Shown here: positions 10,247 through 19,935 of the stretch, in pieces
How positions within the stretch are numbered: position 1 is the stretch's first letter
Layout of the letters: every line of letters begins with the position of its first letter
From: an uncultured Planctomycetota bacterium
GTDB lineage: Bacteria > Planctomycetota > DG-23 > CAZBND01
Assembly (NCBI GenBank): GCA_964493415.1
Contig: CAZBND010000009.1
Coordinates: 13,866-77,865, forward strand
Length of the DNA: 64,000 nt
Direction of reading: 5' to 3'
Position numbers and translations under genes: made by a program
The notes under the pieces: model-generated
What the model was told of the DNA's origin: nothing
The model's database searches: none
Seen by the model: the letters and a program-made list of their open reading frames with translations, nothing else

Positions 10247-10546
10247 TCAGAGCCTCATCCCAAGTACTCTTTCCAATATCTCGCGCTCGGATTCCACTTC
10301 CAGCGGTCCTCCTGTGAGATCGGGAATCTCCACGATGCAAAGTTCACGGTTCTCGGTCAATAAGCGTTCGATATGCGTCCGGATTTTCTCGTAAATGCTT
10401 CGGCCGACGAGCACCATCGATTCCTCGATGACATATTCCTCGAGCGCGGCGCGTGCCGCCTCCTCATCTTCCACGGCACGCCCGGTTATGCCGGCCAGCC
10501 TCAATGCCGAGACAAGCGTCTCGTCGCCGATGCAGCGAATCCTCAT
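10247..10546 (-). CDS. atpF: A/V-type ATP synthase subunit F
   Basis: 99 aa, MRIRCIGDETLVSALRLAGI..., with a Rossmann-like V-ATPase F signature. Confidence 0.8.
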   Translation of the reverse strand: MRIRCIGDETLVSALRLAGITGRAVEDEEAARAALEEYVIEESMVLVGRSIYEKIRTHIERLLTENRELCIVEIPDLTGGPLEVESEREILERVLGMRL

Positions 10547-10933
10547 CTATATTTTCCCAAGCATTATGATCGCCACTATCAGCCCGTAAATGGCAATACC
10601 TTCCGCCAGACCCACGAAAATGATCGACCGGCCCATTAGCTCTGGCCTCTCGGCCACTGCCCCCATGGCCGCCGCGCCGACCGCCGCAACGGCAATCCCC
10701 GCAGCGATGCACGAGAGCCCTACCGCCACTGCCGCAGCAATGAATGCGTAGCCTGCATGCCCCGTGCCCTGAGAAACAGCCTCTGTCGCTCCTCCGCCTT
10801 GTTGCGCACGGGCGGGGCTAGGTGAGGCCAGGATTACCACGCCGATCACCAGCAGCACCAGAGCTACCCCACCCAAAAACGCGTTGCTCCTCAGACCCCA
10901 CTTACGGATGTCTTCCATTCCATTCCTCCTCAT
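10547..10933 (-). CDS. atpK: A/V-type ATP synthase proteolipid subunit K (c)
   Basis: Hairpin proteolipid with the Gly/Ala-rich helix GIAVAAVGAAAMGAV and the conserved carboxylate in GLAEGIAIYGLIVAII. It has an extra N-terminal hydrophobic segment. Confidence 0.85.
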   Translation of the reverse strand: MRRNGMEDIRKWGLRSNAFLGGVALVLLVIGVVILASPSPARAQQGGGATEAVSQGTGHAGYAFIAAAVAVGLSCIAAGIAVAAVGAAAMGAVAERPELMGRSIIFVGLAEGIAIYGLIVAIIMLGKI

Positions 10934-10945
10934 TCTCTTGCACGT

Positions 10946-12901
10946 CTATCTCGGAAGGCAGAGCGGCTCGTATCTTCTGCCTTGATCCAGAAAGAACTTC
11001 GAGAAGAACTCGTAAAACTCCAGCCTCATGCACTGTATGAAAACGATGAGCCCCTCCAGACCGATCACAAGAATGTTCCCAAGCACGATGTTCGTCTCCC
11101 TAACGCCGACAACTCCTCCCAACGCGTCGGCCGTGATGTATACTGCCGGAAGCAGCGACGCATGACCCAATCCGAACGCTGCCGCCCGCACGAAAGAAAC
11201 CGTGTTTGTCAGAAGCCCGATCATCGTCTCCATCGGTTTGAAGACAAACTCCAATATGCCTTCGGGTTCATCTTCCTTTCTCTTTGCGAATCGGGTCGCA
11301 AGGGCGTTGCCGACGACCATCCCCAAGATCGGCAGAACCAGAAGCAAAGCCGCCATCGTCATCCCGAACGGGGCTTTGCCGGACGTGACCACGGCCCAGG
11401 CGATTGGCAGTGCCGAATAGTAGAAGACCAAGCTCAGCAGCCCCCATTGTCCGAAAAGCATCTCCTGCCAAGCCCTCCTCTTGGCGGCCTGCACGATGTT
11501 CAACACCAGGCCCAACGTTACGCACACGATACCCACAATGACCCCGACCCTTATTAGGCTGCCTGGGTCGTCCAGCGGCCTGATCCACAACGCTGGGACA
11601 AGCTCCTCCATTCCGAACACGCTTCCGTACAACACCCCAAAGGCCGTTCCCGACAGCCCGCACCAGAGTAGAATCCCAGCCGCGCTCGCCATTTGCTCGG
11701 ACTTCCTCCCCGCCTTTAGTAACCCCAATCCCGCCATCGCCAGCACTAGTCCATGGCCCACATCGCCGAACATCATTCCGAAAAGCGGCGTGAAGGTCAA
11801 CATCAGGAAGAGCGTTGGGTCCAGACCATCGTACTTGGGCCATCCGTACAGATTCACGAGGTTCTGGAAAGGCCTCATCCACGCGGGGTGGCTCAGCTTA
11901 GTCGGCACCTCCACTTCCACCTGCTGTTGCGACAAAACCTTCTCGGCTGCCGCGTACTCCACCTCGACTCCGCGCGAATTCCCGCCGCAAAGCTCTCGCT
12001 TCAATGCTTCCGCTTCCCCCAGCGGCACCCAGCCCGTGATATAGTAGGAGTAGTCCGTCTGGAGGAAGTTCGCCATCGAGGAAAGAACGCTTCGGTTGGC
12101 CAGAAGCGTTCTTCTCCACAGCGAGACATCGTCCCGGAGGTCGTCCCTCAGCTTAGCCAGTTCCTCCTTCAGCGAGGAAAGGTGTTCCCGTCTTTGCCAC
12201 AGGTCCACCTCGATTTCCTCCACCGCGTTGGTAGCTCTCATGTACTTCGGAGGGATTCGGAGCCTGGAGAAGTGCGACCCGCGAAGCGCTCCCTCCACGG
12301 CTTCGGCGTGTTTCGCCGTCGTGACAACGTTTACGAGCACGTTTCCTGCAACCTGCCTTGATATTTCGAGCTGGTGTGGGACTGATTCGAGGCTTCGCTG
12401 AAGCGTGGTCACGTTTGCCGTGGGCACAGTTCCCACGTCGAAATGTATGAAGGCGTGTTGGGTTGACAGCCCCCCTCTGATTCCCAGTTCGCCCAGGGAC
12501 TGGATCTGGGTCGACAGAAGCTCCAAATTGTTTATCGCTAACTCCTCGTTGTCGATTTCCGCTATCGACGAATCGATTCTATCGCTCAGCTCGCCCACGC
12601 GCCTCCTTGCCTCTTCCACGATGTTCTCGGGATCGAGATGCGGACAACTGTTGAGCGTGCTTCGCGAAACCCACGGAATCCCAAGCCGCCGCGCCAGTTC
12701 CTCCAGTTGGCCGAGCAGGCCGTCGATTTCCTCCACCCGATGTCCCGGGTCTGCGGCCCGCACGCCGGGCAACTTGCGGGCGAAGCAGTCTGCTCGCTCC
12801 AGATGCAGAACACCTTCGCTCATAAGCGTTGTGGTGACCCGCGGCAATTCACTTCTCAGCATGTATATCTGCGCCAATGCCATCTTCACGGGTCTGAACA
12901 C
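10946..12901 (-). CDS. atpI: A/V-type ATP synthase subunit I (a; stator membrane subunit)
   Basis: 651 aa with an N-terminal soluble coiled-coil half and a C-terminal polytopic half. It carries the conserved Arg-containing helix region ...FGLGHASLL... near the C-terminus. Confidence 0.85.
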   Translation of the reverse strand: MFRPVKMALAQIYMLRSELPRVTTTLMSEGVLHLERADCFARKLPGVRAADPGHRVEEIDGLLGQLEELARRLGIPWVSRSTLNSCPHLDPENIVEEARRRVGELSDRIDSSIAEIDNEELAINNLELLSTQIQSLGELGIRGGLSTQHAFIHFDVGTVPTANVTTLQRSLESVPHQLEISRQVAGNVLVNVVTTAKHAEAVEGALRGSHFSRLRIPPKYMRATNAVEEIEVDLWQRREHLSSLKEELAKLRDDLRDDVSLWRRTLLANRSVLSSMANFLQTDYSYYITGWVPLGEAEALKRELCGGNSRGVEVEYAAAEKVLSQQQVEVEVPTKLSHPAWMRPFQNLVNLYGWPKYDGLDPTLFLMLTFTPLFGMMFGDVGHGLVLAMAGLGLLKAGRKSEQMASAAGILLWCGLSGTAFGVLYGSVFGMEELVPALWIRPLDDPGSLIRVGVIVGIVCVTLGLVLNIVQAAKRRAWQEMLFGQWGLLSLVFYYSALPIAWAVVTSGKAPFGMTMAALLLVLPILGMVVGNALATRFAKRKEDEPEGILEFVFKPMETMIGLLTNTVSFVRAAAFGLGHASLLPAVYITADALGGVVGVRETNIVLGNILVIGLEGLIVFIQCMRLEFYEFFSKFFLDQGRRYEPLCLPR

Positions 12902-12904
12902 CGG

Positions 12905-13939
12905 CTATTCTCCCGTGGCAATCGAGAGCAGGGGGCGGACCTCGTTCTCTGCCATTGCCAGCCGCTTCGCCGCGAGCACGGTCACGGCGTCTTCAATCAA
13001 CACTTCCTGGCGGATCAGGTATTTGACAAACGTCAGCAGGGCGAACGGAGAGCCAGGCCGCCGTACTCCTGCCGCCCGCAACGCATGTTTCCTGACTGCA
13101 ACCTCAAGATCATTCAGAGGCATCCGGCTCCCTCCAATGCTCGCCAATGTCTCCGACAGCCTTCCCTTCGGCAGCAAATCCACACATTCCCCAGGCGATT
13201 CCCCCTGCATTACCCGCCAGAATTGTGTTTCGCCGAATTCGTTGGTCGAAAACGCAACATAATGGAACACTTCCTGCGGCTCCATCCCGTAACCGAAGCG
13301 CAGCCGAAGCGCTTTCACAAAGTCCCTCAAACCCCATATGTCGTCAAAGAGGCCCGAGCGGACGCGTCTTCCTTCCCATCCCAAACTGTCCAATTCCTTC
13401 GCCAGCGCTCGTTCGTAACCAACTTCAATCGCAAGATCGAACGGAAGCAAACTCTCGCCTCCTGACAAGGCCGGGAGGGCTCTCCGAAGAACACCTTCCA
13501 GCCGCGTCCCGGATATGGCTCTCAACAGCGAGTCAAGTGTTCTGGCGTCCTCGAGCTTCCGCTCCTTCATCAAGACCGGCGGCCTGCTACGGGTTTCGGT
13601 ACTTGGTCCTTGCCGCGTCCGAATCTGTCTCACCTTGAACTTCAGCTTCCTGATGTCGGACTTCGCCACAGAGAACTCAAGGAATCTTCCTGAATGCCCA
13701 CGCATGAAGCGAGCGAGCTCTTTCCCCTGTTTCTCCCACTCACCCCATAACCAACTATCCACCTCGCCCGGCACGTCTGACGGGGGCTCGCTTCCCAGAG
13801 CCCGTGAGAGAGCCTCCACGCAATCCCCGAAGCTACCGGCTCCTAGCATCGTCTCCACCACGCTCTCCCGGAGCGAACGCGCCCTGAGCGCCCCAAGAAC
13901 AGGATATGCAGCAGAGTATGAGTACAGCCCCAGAGACAT
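12905..13939 (-). CDS. atpC: A/V-type ATP synthase subunit C (d)
   Basis: All-helical ~345 aa with MSLGLYSYSAAYPVLGALRAR at the N-terminus. Start set at the internal ATG (13939), which abuts the upstream gene's stop. Confidence 0.8.
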   Translation of the reverse strand: MSLGLYSYSAAYPVLGALRARSLRESVVETMLGAGSFGDCVEALSRALGSEPPSDVPGEVDSWLWGEWEKQGKELARFMRGHSGRFLEFSVAKSDIRKLKFKVRQIRTRQGPSTETRSRPPVLMKERKLEDARTLDSLLRAISGTRLEGVLRRALPALSGGESLLPFDLAIEVGYERALAKELDSLGWEGRRVRSGLFDDIWGLRDFVKALRLRFGYGMEPQEVFHYVAFSTNEFGETQFWRVMQGESPGECVDLLPKGRLSETLASIGGSRMPLNDLEVAVRKHALRAAGVRRPGSPFALLTFVKYLIRQEVLIEDAVTVLAAKRLAMAENEVRPLLSIATGE

Positions 13940-13941
13940 AG

Positions 13942-14256
13942 CTATCCACCGAGAAGCCTGCTCACCAGCTCTTCCGCCAGCCCCTCGCGCTCCTCCTCGA
14001 ACTTCTTCCTCCATCTAGCCAGGGCATCCTCGGTCTCGCGAAATATCTTCTTGCGGCTCTCCTCTGCGATGGCCCTCGCCTTATCGATCGCGTCTTTCCT
14101 TTCCCGCTCCATTCGCTTTCGCGCTTCTTCCTCTATCTTCTTTGCTTCTTCTTCTCCCGCGCTCTTCACCTTGTCGGCCTCTTCCTTCGCCCGCTGGATG
14201 ATCTTCTCCGCCTCCAGTTCGCTCCGTATGATTGCCTTTAGCTTGTCAGAACTCAC
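13942..14256 (-). CDS. A/V-type ATP synthase subunit G/H (peripheral stalk)
   Basis: 104-aa, highly charged single coiled coil (EEEAKKIEEEARKRMERERKD). It is the first gene of the operon and has a GTG start with AAGGAA upstream. Confidence 0.6.
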   Translation of the reverse strand: MSSDKLKAIIRSELEAEKIIQRAKEEADKVKSAGEEEAKKIEEEARKRMERERKDAIDKARAIAEESRKKIFRETEDALARWRKKFEEEREGLAEELVSRLLGG

Positions 14257-14566
14257 TTGTTCCGTTCCTTTCGGATCTCCAATATCGCAAACACGATCAG
14301 GGCCGCAAGCCCTGCCACCCTCAAGGCAACATAGATCATTCCTACCAGGGTACCGGTATCCATATGTCGGCCTGACTTGGCCCCTTGCTCGGACGGGGTG
14401 AGGCTACTTCTCCCTTTCTACTTCCGTCCATGATCCTTTGCAAGCAAATTTTGACGGCTCCCTCGGAGCCCCGCTTCGGGCCTCTTCCTCCCGCCTTGAC
14501 ACCCCACCGGAGTCCCCATAAAATTCCCGTCGGTTCATCCGCACCACGAATTCATAGGAGACGACA

Positions 14567-15694
14567 ATGTCGGAACTCGATCGCTATGGGGGCTGGACGG
14601 GCCTCACCTCTTCCGCAACCGGCTTCTTTCGCCTGGAGAAAATTGACGGGCGCTGGTGGTTCGTTGACCCCGACGGCAACGCCTTCATCATGCTCGGGGT
14701 CAACCATATCACCCACACTGCACTCAAGTACCCCGACAACATCCACATATGGAAAGAGCGCTACGGCGGCAGCATGGAGCGATGGATACGCGAGGGCGTA
14801 GCCAAAGACCTTCGGGATTGGGGGTTCAACACCATCGCCTGGGTGCAGGAACTAGCCTCGAAAGACTTCCGCCACTCCCCCGAGTGGCACTACTGGGAGT
14901 ACAAGTGGGCGGGGATGCCTTACATCTACCACATCGACTTCGCCCACATCGAATACTGGTACCGCTACGCAGTCTACCCTGACGTCTTCTCGGAGGAGTT
15001 CGAAGAATGGTGCGACTACCTTGCCCGGGAAGTCTGCGTTGATATGGCCGAGGAGCCCCTGCTGATCGGCTACACTTTCTGTCCTATGCCCGGCTGGACC
15101 CACAACGAGCACGTGCGCTGTTGGGCGGATGACCTGGACCTGGAAACGGAAGAGGGCCGCAACGCGCTCAAACGCATCGCAGAGCGCTACTATCAGGTAA
15201 TTCATGACTCGATTCGCCGGTACGACAGGAATCACCTCCTCCTGAGCGATTCGTATCGCGGGGCAAGCGGAATCCCCGACTTCATCCTCGAAGCCATGAT
15301 GCCCACGATGGACCTCGTATCCACTAACTGGAACTCCCGATTCGACCCCATGAAGGACAGCATTGACTACTGGCACGAGTTCACAGGCAAGCCGATCCTA
15401 TTGGCTGATTCGGGCTTCCTGGCCCCGACCGAGATTCTCAAAGTCGGTCCCGCCGCCGCGAATTATGTTAAGGACCAGAGGGCCCGCGGCGACGCGTACA
15501 TCGACTTCGGCACAAAGGCCTTTTCCACCCCGCACGTAGTAGGGTGGGGTTGGTGCGCTTACCTCGAAAACCGTGCGCGATGCTCCGGCGTCAAAAACTA
15601 CATGGACGAACCCTACCAGGACCTGGTACATGCCATGAGGGAGTTCAACTCCCGAGTCTATGACGTGGCCTCCCAAGCTCGCCGCGCCCGATAA
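14567..15694 (+). CDS. TIM-barrel glycoside-hydrolase-like protein (clan GH-A-like; family uncertain), paralog 1
   Basis: 375 aa. An N-terminal RWWFVDPDGNAFIMLGVNH block is followed by alternating Trp-rich strands. I see no signal peptide. AGGAGA SD. ~55-60% identical to the gene at 16380. Confidence 0.5.
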   Translation: MSELDRYGGWTGLTSSATGFFRLEKIDGRWWFVDPDGNAFIMLGVNHITHTALKYPDNIHIWKERYGGSMERWIREGVAKDLRDWGFNTIAWVQELASKDFRHSPEWHYWEYKWAGMPYIYHIDFAHIEYWYRYAVYPDVFSEEFEEWCDYLAREVCVDMAEEPLLIGYTFCPMPGWTHNEHVRCWADDLDLETEEGRNALKRIAERYYQVIHDSIRRYDRNHLLLSDSYRGASGIPDFILEAMMPTMDLVSTNWNSRFDPMKDSIDYWHEFTGKPILLADSGFLAPTEILKVGPAAANYVKDQRARGDAYIDFGTKAFSTPHVVGWGWCAYLENRARCSGVKNYMDEPYQDLVHAMREFNSRVYDVASQARRAR

Positions 15695-15718
15695 CTTGTC
15701 ACCGAAAGGAGTGTTCCG

Positions 15719-16360
15719 GTGGAAGTGTTCGACCTGTCTGCGCCTCTTGACGAGCGAACCCCCATCTTTCCGGGCGATCCTCCTTACTTTGCCCAGCGCT
15801 TCCTTGATCGGGAAAAGGACGGGGTTAACGAACTCAAGCTCTCCATCGGGACCCACACTGGCACGCACGTCGACGTGCCGCTTCACCACATCTCTGGCGG
15901 GCAAGATGTTTCCGAATTTCCTCTTGGAAGGTTTGTCGGCAGCGCTCTGGTTGTATGTGTTGACAAGGGCCCCGGCGAAGAGATTCTACCTGAGGACCTG
16001 CCGCCCAAGGGGGTTCAGCCGGGGGAGATCCTCATCGTTTCCACCGGCTGGGAGGACCGCCTCTACAAGGACGACTACTTCACCGCATTTCCCGTCTTCT
16101 CCCCTGGTGTCGCCGACTTCCTGGCCGAAAACCGCATCAAGGCCCTTGCGACGGATACGCCATCGGTGGATCCTCTCGGTGGTAAGGGCGAGTTCCATCG
16201 TCTCGTTCTGGCGCGCGGCGTAGGCATCGTCGAGGCGCTGGTCAACCTGCGATCCCTCCGTGGAGAACGCGTATTCTTCTGCGCCGTCCCGCTCAAGATC
16301 AAGTCCGGCGATGGTAGCCCGGTCCGAGCCATTGCCGTCAAGAATATGCCCACACTCTGA
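15719..16360 (+). CDS. Cyclase-family protein / putative kynurenine (aryl)formamidase
   Basis: HTGTHVDVPLHH metal-binding motif of the cyclase/arylformamidase family, 213 aa. GTG start with AAAGGAG upstream. Confidence 0.8.
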   Translation: MEVFDLSAPLDERTPIFPGDPPYFAQRFLDREKDGVNELKLSIGTHTGTHVDVPLHHISGGQDVSEFPLGRFVGSALVVCVDKGPGEEILPEDLPPKGVQPGEILIVSTGWEDRLYKDDYFTAFPVFSPGVADFLAENRIKALATDTPSVDPLGGKGEFHRLVLARGVGIVEALVNLRSLRGERVFFCAVPLKIKSGDGSPVRAIAVKNMPTL

Positions 16361-16379
16361 GCCGCTAGGAGGACCCCTC

Positions 16380-17501
16380 ATGACGGAACTGGATCGCTTT
16401 GGAGGATACAAGCCGGTCAGATCGAAAGCCACCGGCTTCTTTCGCGTCGAGAAGATCGGCGGCCGTTGGTGGTTTATTACGCCCGAAGGCCACGCTTTCA
16501 TCTCCATGGGCGTGAATCACATGACGTCCACAGCGTTGAAATACCCCGACAACGTCCACATATGGAAAGAACGCCACGGTGGCAGCCAAGAGAAATGGAT
16601 ACGCGACGGCGTCGTCAAAGACCTGCGCTCCTGGGGATTCAACACCATCGGATGGACTCAGGAAATTGCCGCCAAGACCATGGCCCACACGCCTTCATGG
16701 TCCCCCCAGGAATACAAGTGGGCCGAGATGCCTTACTGCCATCTCCTGCCGTTCGCCGACATCGCCATGTATGACCGCAATCCGGCCTTCCCCGATGTCT
16801 TCGGTTCCTATTTCGAGGAATATTGCGACTACCTCGCACGCGAGTACTGCGTAGACATGGCCGACGACCCGTACCTAATCGGGTACTTCTACAGCGACAT
16901 GCCTGCATGGATCGATGGCCGTCACGGCAAGTACTGGGCCCAGGGACTCGACCTCGAAACTCCCGATGGAGAAGCTGCGCTGGGCGAAATCGCAGAGAGA
17001 TACTACAAGGTCATTCATGATGCCGTCCGCCGCTACGATCCCAATCACCTGCTCATGGGAGACCGATATGACGGCGACGGCGGCGTCGCGGACATTGTGC
17101 TCAAAAAGGCTGCCCCCACCATCGACGTGCTCTCGGTTCAGTACTACACACGCTTCGAGCTCATGGAGGCCGACCTCGACAGGTGGTACGATATGCTAGG
17201 CAAGCCCATCTTTCTCGCCGACTCCGCCTTTCATGCGCCCACCGAGCTTCTCAAGGTCGGCCCGGGTTCGAAGGTGTACGTCCCCAACCAGGCCGAAAGG
17301 GGAAAGGCCTACCAGGACTTCGCAACGCGGGCATACTCCAAGCCTCAGATAGTCGGCTGGCATTGGTGTGCGTACATCGAAAACCGTACCAGGAAGTCCG
17401 GGCTCAAAAACTACAGGGACGAACCCTACACGGAATGCGTCAGCCGTATGAAGGAATTCAACGAAAGGGTCTACGAGGTCGCCGCTGCCGCCTCTTCCTG
17501 A
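16380..17501 (+). CDS. TIM-barrel glycoside-hydrolase-like protein, paralog 2
   Basis: Collinear with 14567..15694 along its whole length (MTELDRFGGYKPVRSKATGFFRVEKIGGRWWFITPEGHAFISMGVNHM...). Start reset from ORF-track 16260 to the ATG at 16380, which has AGGAGG upstream. Confidence 0.5.
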   Translation: MTELDRFGGYKPVRSKATGFFRVEKIGGRWWFITPEGHAFISMGVNHMTSTALKYPDNVHIWKERHGGSQEKWIRDGVVKDLRSWGFNTIGWTQEIAAKTMAHTPSWSPQEYKWAEMPYCHLLPFADIAMYDRNPAFPDVFGSYFEEYCDYLAREYCVDMADDPYLIGYFYSDMPAWIDGRHGKYWAQGLDLETPDGEAALGEIAERYYKVIHDAVRRYDPNHLLMGDRYDGDGGVADIVLKKAAPTIDVLSVQYYTRFELMEADLDRWYDMLGKPIFLADSAFHAPTELLKVGPGSKVYVPNQAERGKAYQDFATRAYSKPQIVGWHWCAYIENRTRKSGLKNYRDEPYTECVSRMKEFNERVYEVAAAASS

Positions 17502-17559
17502 GGACGCCAGGCGTTGATTGCACACTTTTGATTGCTGACAAAGCTCCGCTCTGCGGGTC

Positions 17560-19797
17560 CTACTCGGTCAGGAAATCAAGCCAGTGCTTCCCCAGGTGAG
17601 CTCCATCCCTAAACTCGAAACTCTTGCTCCCGTTGTGGACTGCCCCTTCTCCCTCCGGCGTCTGGACATTCAGCGGCCTCGCACCGCAGTGGGTGACAGT
17701 GCATCTTAGGCGATCCCTGAAGCGCGTGTAACTCACCCCCACCTCGTGCGCGCCGATCCTGATGTCTCCCAACTCCGCGTGGTCCCACCCGGGCGGGAAC
17801 AGCGGATCCAATATCATCGTGTCCTTTGCCGCATACCCCTGAATGCCGAGCAAGCGCCTGATCACGATATCCGCCCCCAGTCCTCCCCACCCGTAATTGA
17901 ACGTGTTGGTGGAGTGTTTTCTGAAGGGCCCCCCTTCGATCGGATGGTAATTCTCTGCTGCCGAAGGGCCGAACTTCGCGAAGCTCTCGATGGTCTTCAG
18001 GGCGATCTCTCTGGCCACATCGTGATACCCGTACCTCACCAGGCCCTCGATCATCACCCAGTTTATCTGGGGCCACATCCTGCCGTTCCAGTAGCTTTGG
18101 TATTCGTCCTCCACGTTGAACAGCTCATGGTCCATGCTCAACGACGGAATGGGGTAGGGCGACCAGAACTCCTCAGGGTTGGTCAGCCGTGCGACCATTC
18201 TGCGAGTGTGCTCCCTCTCCGGAATGGCCGCCAGCATAGGAATCATCCCCCCGGGCGTCTTCACCTTGTGGGGAGTGTGGTCGGCCTCGTATCGATCGAT
18301 GTACAGCCCCACTTCCTCATCCCAAAGGGTCTGAATCGCCTCGAACGTCTTCTTGGCCTTATCCCTGAATTCCTGCGCGGTCTGCTTGTCTCCCAGCAAC
18401 TCCGCGAACTTGGCGAGCGCCAGCCTGCTTAAGTAGAAGTACGTGTTGAAGTCCGGGGACTGCATCGTCTTGCCTTCGTTGGTCATAGGGCTTGTCGGAT
18501 ATTTCAGTATCCTGTTCGGCAGAAAGCGGTATGAATTGTCCCAGCCGCTCTCGCCCTGATGGACGAGATTTATCAGGTTCTCGCTCTTGGGGTCTCGGTT
18601 TTCTTCAAGCCACTTGTCGAACTTCCGAAGCGGCTCGTAGACGGCCCTTACGAAATCCATGTCGCCGTCTTTCAGATATATGTCCCAGACCACCCAGGGG
18701 ATCACGTTCGGATCCACGAGCTTCCCGAAGACGAAAGAGTTGATGTCCAAAGTAAACGGAAGCTGGTCGTCTTCAGGGATGTACTTTTTCCCCTCCAGGC
18801 CCTTCTCCTTGAGCTGCGCGCGGACTTCTTCGGCCACCTCCTGCCATAGCAGCAGGTTCTTGATGCCCGACTTGGGAAGCGGCATGTCATTCAGCCACTT
18901 CTCGTACATCGAGTGAAATCCCGTATCCCAATACCACTGGGGCAGCAAACGGTACTTCCCCAAAGATGAGAAGGGCCGCCGAAAGAATCCTCGCCCAAAA
19001 TCGTACAGGTTGGCAAATGGCACGAAGTAAGAGTGATAGAACTGCCTCTCAAAAAGATTGTCGCCGCATGTGAAGGTGGGTACCGCCTTGTCGAAGTACT
19101 CCTCCCACTCCGCCTTTCGACGGGCAAACGCCTGTTCGGGATCCCTTGCCACCTCCCTGAACTTGTGCAGGGCATCCTCGTAGCTGTCGGCGGATGCGGA
19201 AATCACGTAGACTTTCGTTCGCTCCTCATGCTCAACCTCTATAGCGTAACCCTCGAACTCAACCCGTGTCTTCAGACGAAACGCGGGCGGCCGCGCCTCC
19301 TCTCTATTCACATCTTGCCCTTTGCCTAAGCCTATTACCCGGCAAGTGTGATTGCTTCGTTCATCTATGTGGAGGAGGCCGCTTTCGAATTTCATCTCGT
19401 GCGTCCCGCGGGCGTTTCCTTTCAACACGACATCGAATGACAGTGGGCTCCGCTGTGCGGAATGTTTGTTGCAGTAGCAGAACGTCAACTCGCTCACGAA
19501 CACGTCATTCCAGATCGTCTTTCGCTCGATGATGTCCAGCTCACGCCCCGCCACATGCCAGCTCTTTATCCTGTCCGGACGCCAACTAAGGTACAGGAGC
19601 CGATGGGAAAAAGGGCTCCCGTCCGCGCGTGCAAGCTCGATCACAAGGTCGTCGAACGCCAGCGTCAGATCTCCCCCGATGTTCTCTCCGTTCCAGTAGT
19701 TCAGCGCTCCGCCCCCCAGGTCAAAGCTGTAGGAAGTCAGCCGGTTGCCGGAGATGTCGGCTCGGTCGCCCCTTTCCAGCAATTGCAGTACGTCCAT
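17560..19797 (-). CDS. Glycoside hydrolase, (alpha/alpha)6-barrel, GH63/GH37-like (mannosyl-oligosaccharide glucosidase / glucosylglycerate-hydrolase-like)
   Basis: ~745 aa with an N-terminal beta-sandwich and a C-terminal (alpha/alpha)6 region bearing Trp/acidic-rich motifs (WDTGFH, GESGWDNSYRF, NYGWGG). Start set at the ATG (19797), which has GGAGA upstream. The family call is by resemblance only. Confidence 0.5.
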   Translation of the reverse strand: MDVLQLLERGDRADISGNRLTSYSFDLGGGALNYWNGENIGGDLTLAFDDLVIELARADGSPFSHRLLYLSWRPDRIKSWHVAGRELDIIERKTIWNDVFVSELTFCYCNKHSAQRSPLSFDVVLKGNARGTHEMKFESGLLHIDERSNHTCRVIGLGKGQDVNREEARPPAFRLKTRVEFEGYAIEVEHEERTKVYVISASADSYEDALHKFREVARDPEQAFARRKAEWEEYFDKAVPTFTCGDNLFERQFYHSYFVPFANLYDFGRGFFRRPFSSLGKYRLLPQWYWDTGFHSMYEKWLNDMPLPKSGIKNLLLWQEVAEEVRAQLKEKGLEGKKYIPEDDQLPFTLDINSFVFGKLVDPNVIPWVVWDIYLKDGDMDFVRAVYEPLRKFDKWLEENRDPKSENLINLVHQGESGWDNSYRFLPNRILKYPTSPMTNEGKTMQSPDFNTYFYLSRLALAKFAELLGDKQTAQEFRDKAKKTFEAIQTLWDEEVGLYIDRYEADHTPHKVKTPGGMIPMLAAIPEREHTRRMVARLTNPEEFWSPYPIPSLSMDHELFNVEDEYQSYWNGRMWPQINWVMIEGLVRYGYHDVAREIALKTIESFAKFGPSAAENYHPIEGGPFRKHSTNTFNYGWGGLGADIVIRRLLGIQGYAAKDTMILDPLFPPGWDHAELGDIRIGAHEVGVSYTRFRDRLRCTVTHCGARPLNVQTPEGEGAVHNGSKSFEFRDGAHLGKHWLDFLTE

Positions 19798-19935
19798 CCT
19801 TTTCTCCTTCGTGCATCGGAAATGTGAGGCTCTCTCCGCGCGAGGAAGCATTGTAAACGCCTACGCCCGAAGATTCAAATCCTGGCGATTGCATCAGGCA
19901 GCGCGACGAGACCCGGCCCTCGCTGTTTCTTTCCC

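Noticed and set aside
17502-17559. Direct repeat TTGATTGC x2 between the convergent GH genes
   Set aside because: An 8-bp repeat in a 58-bp convergent terminator region is too short to distinguish from chance. No strong hairpin is visible.
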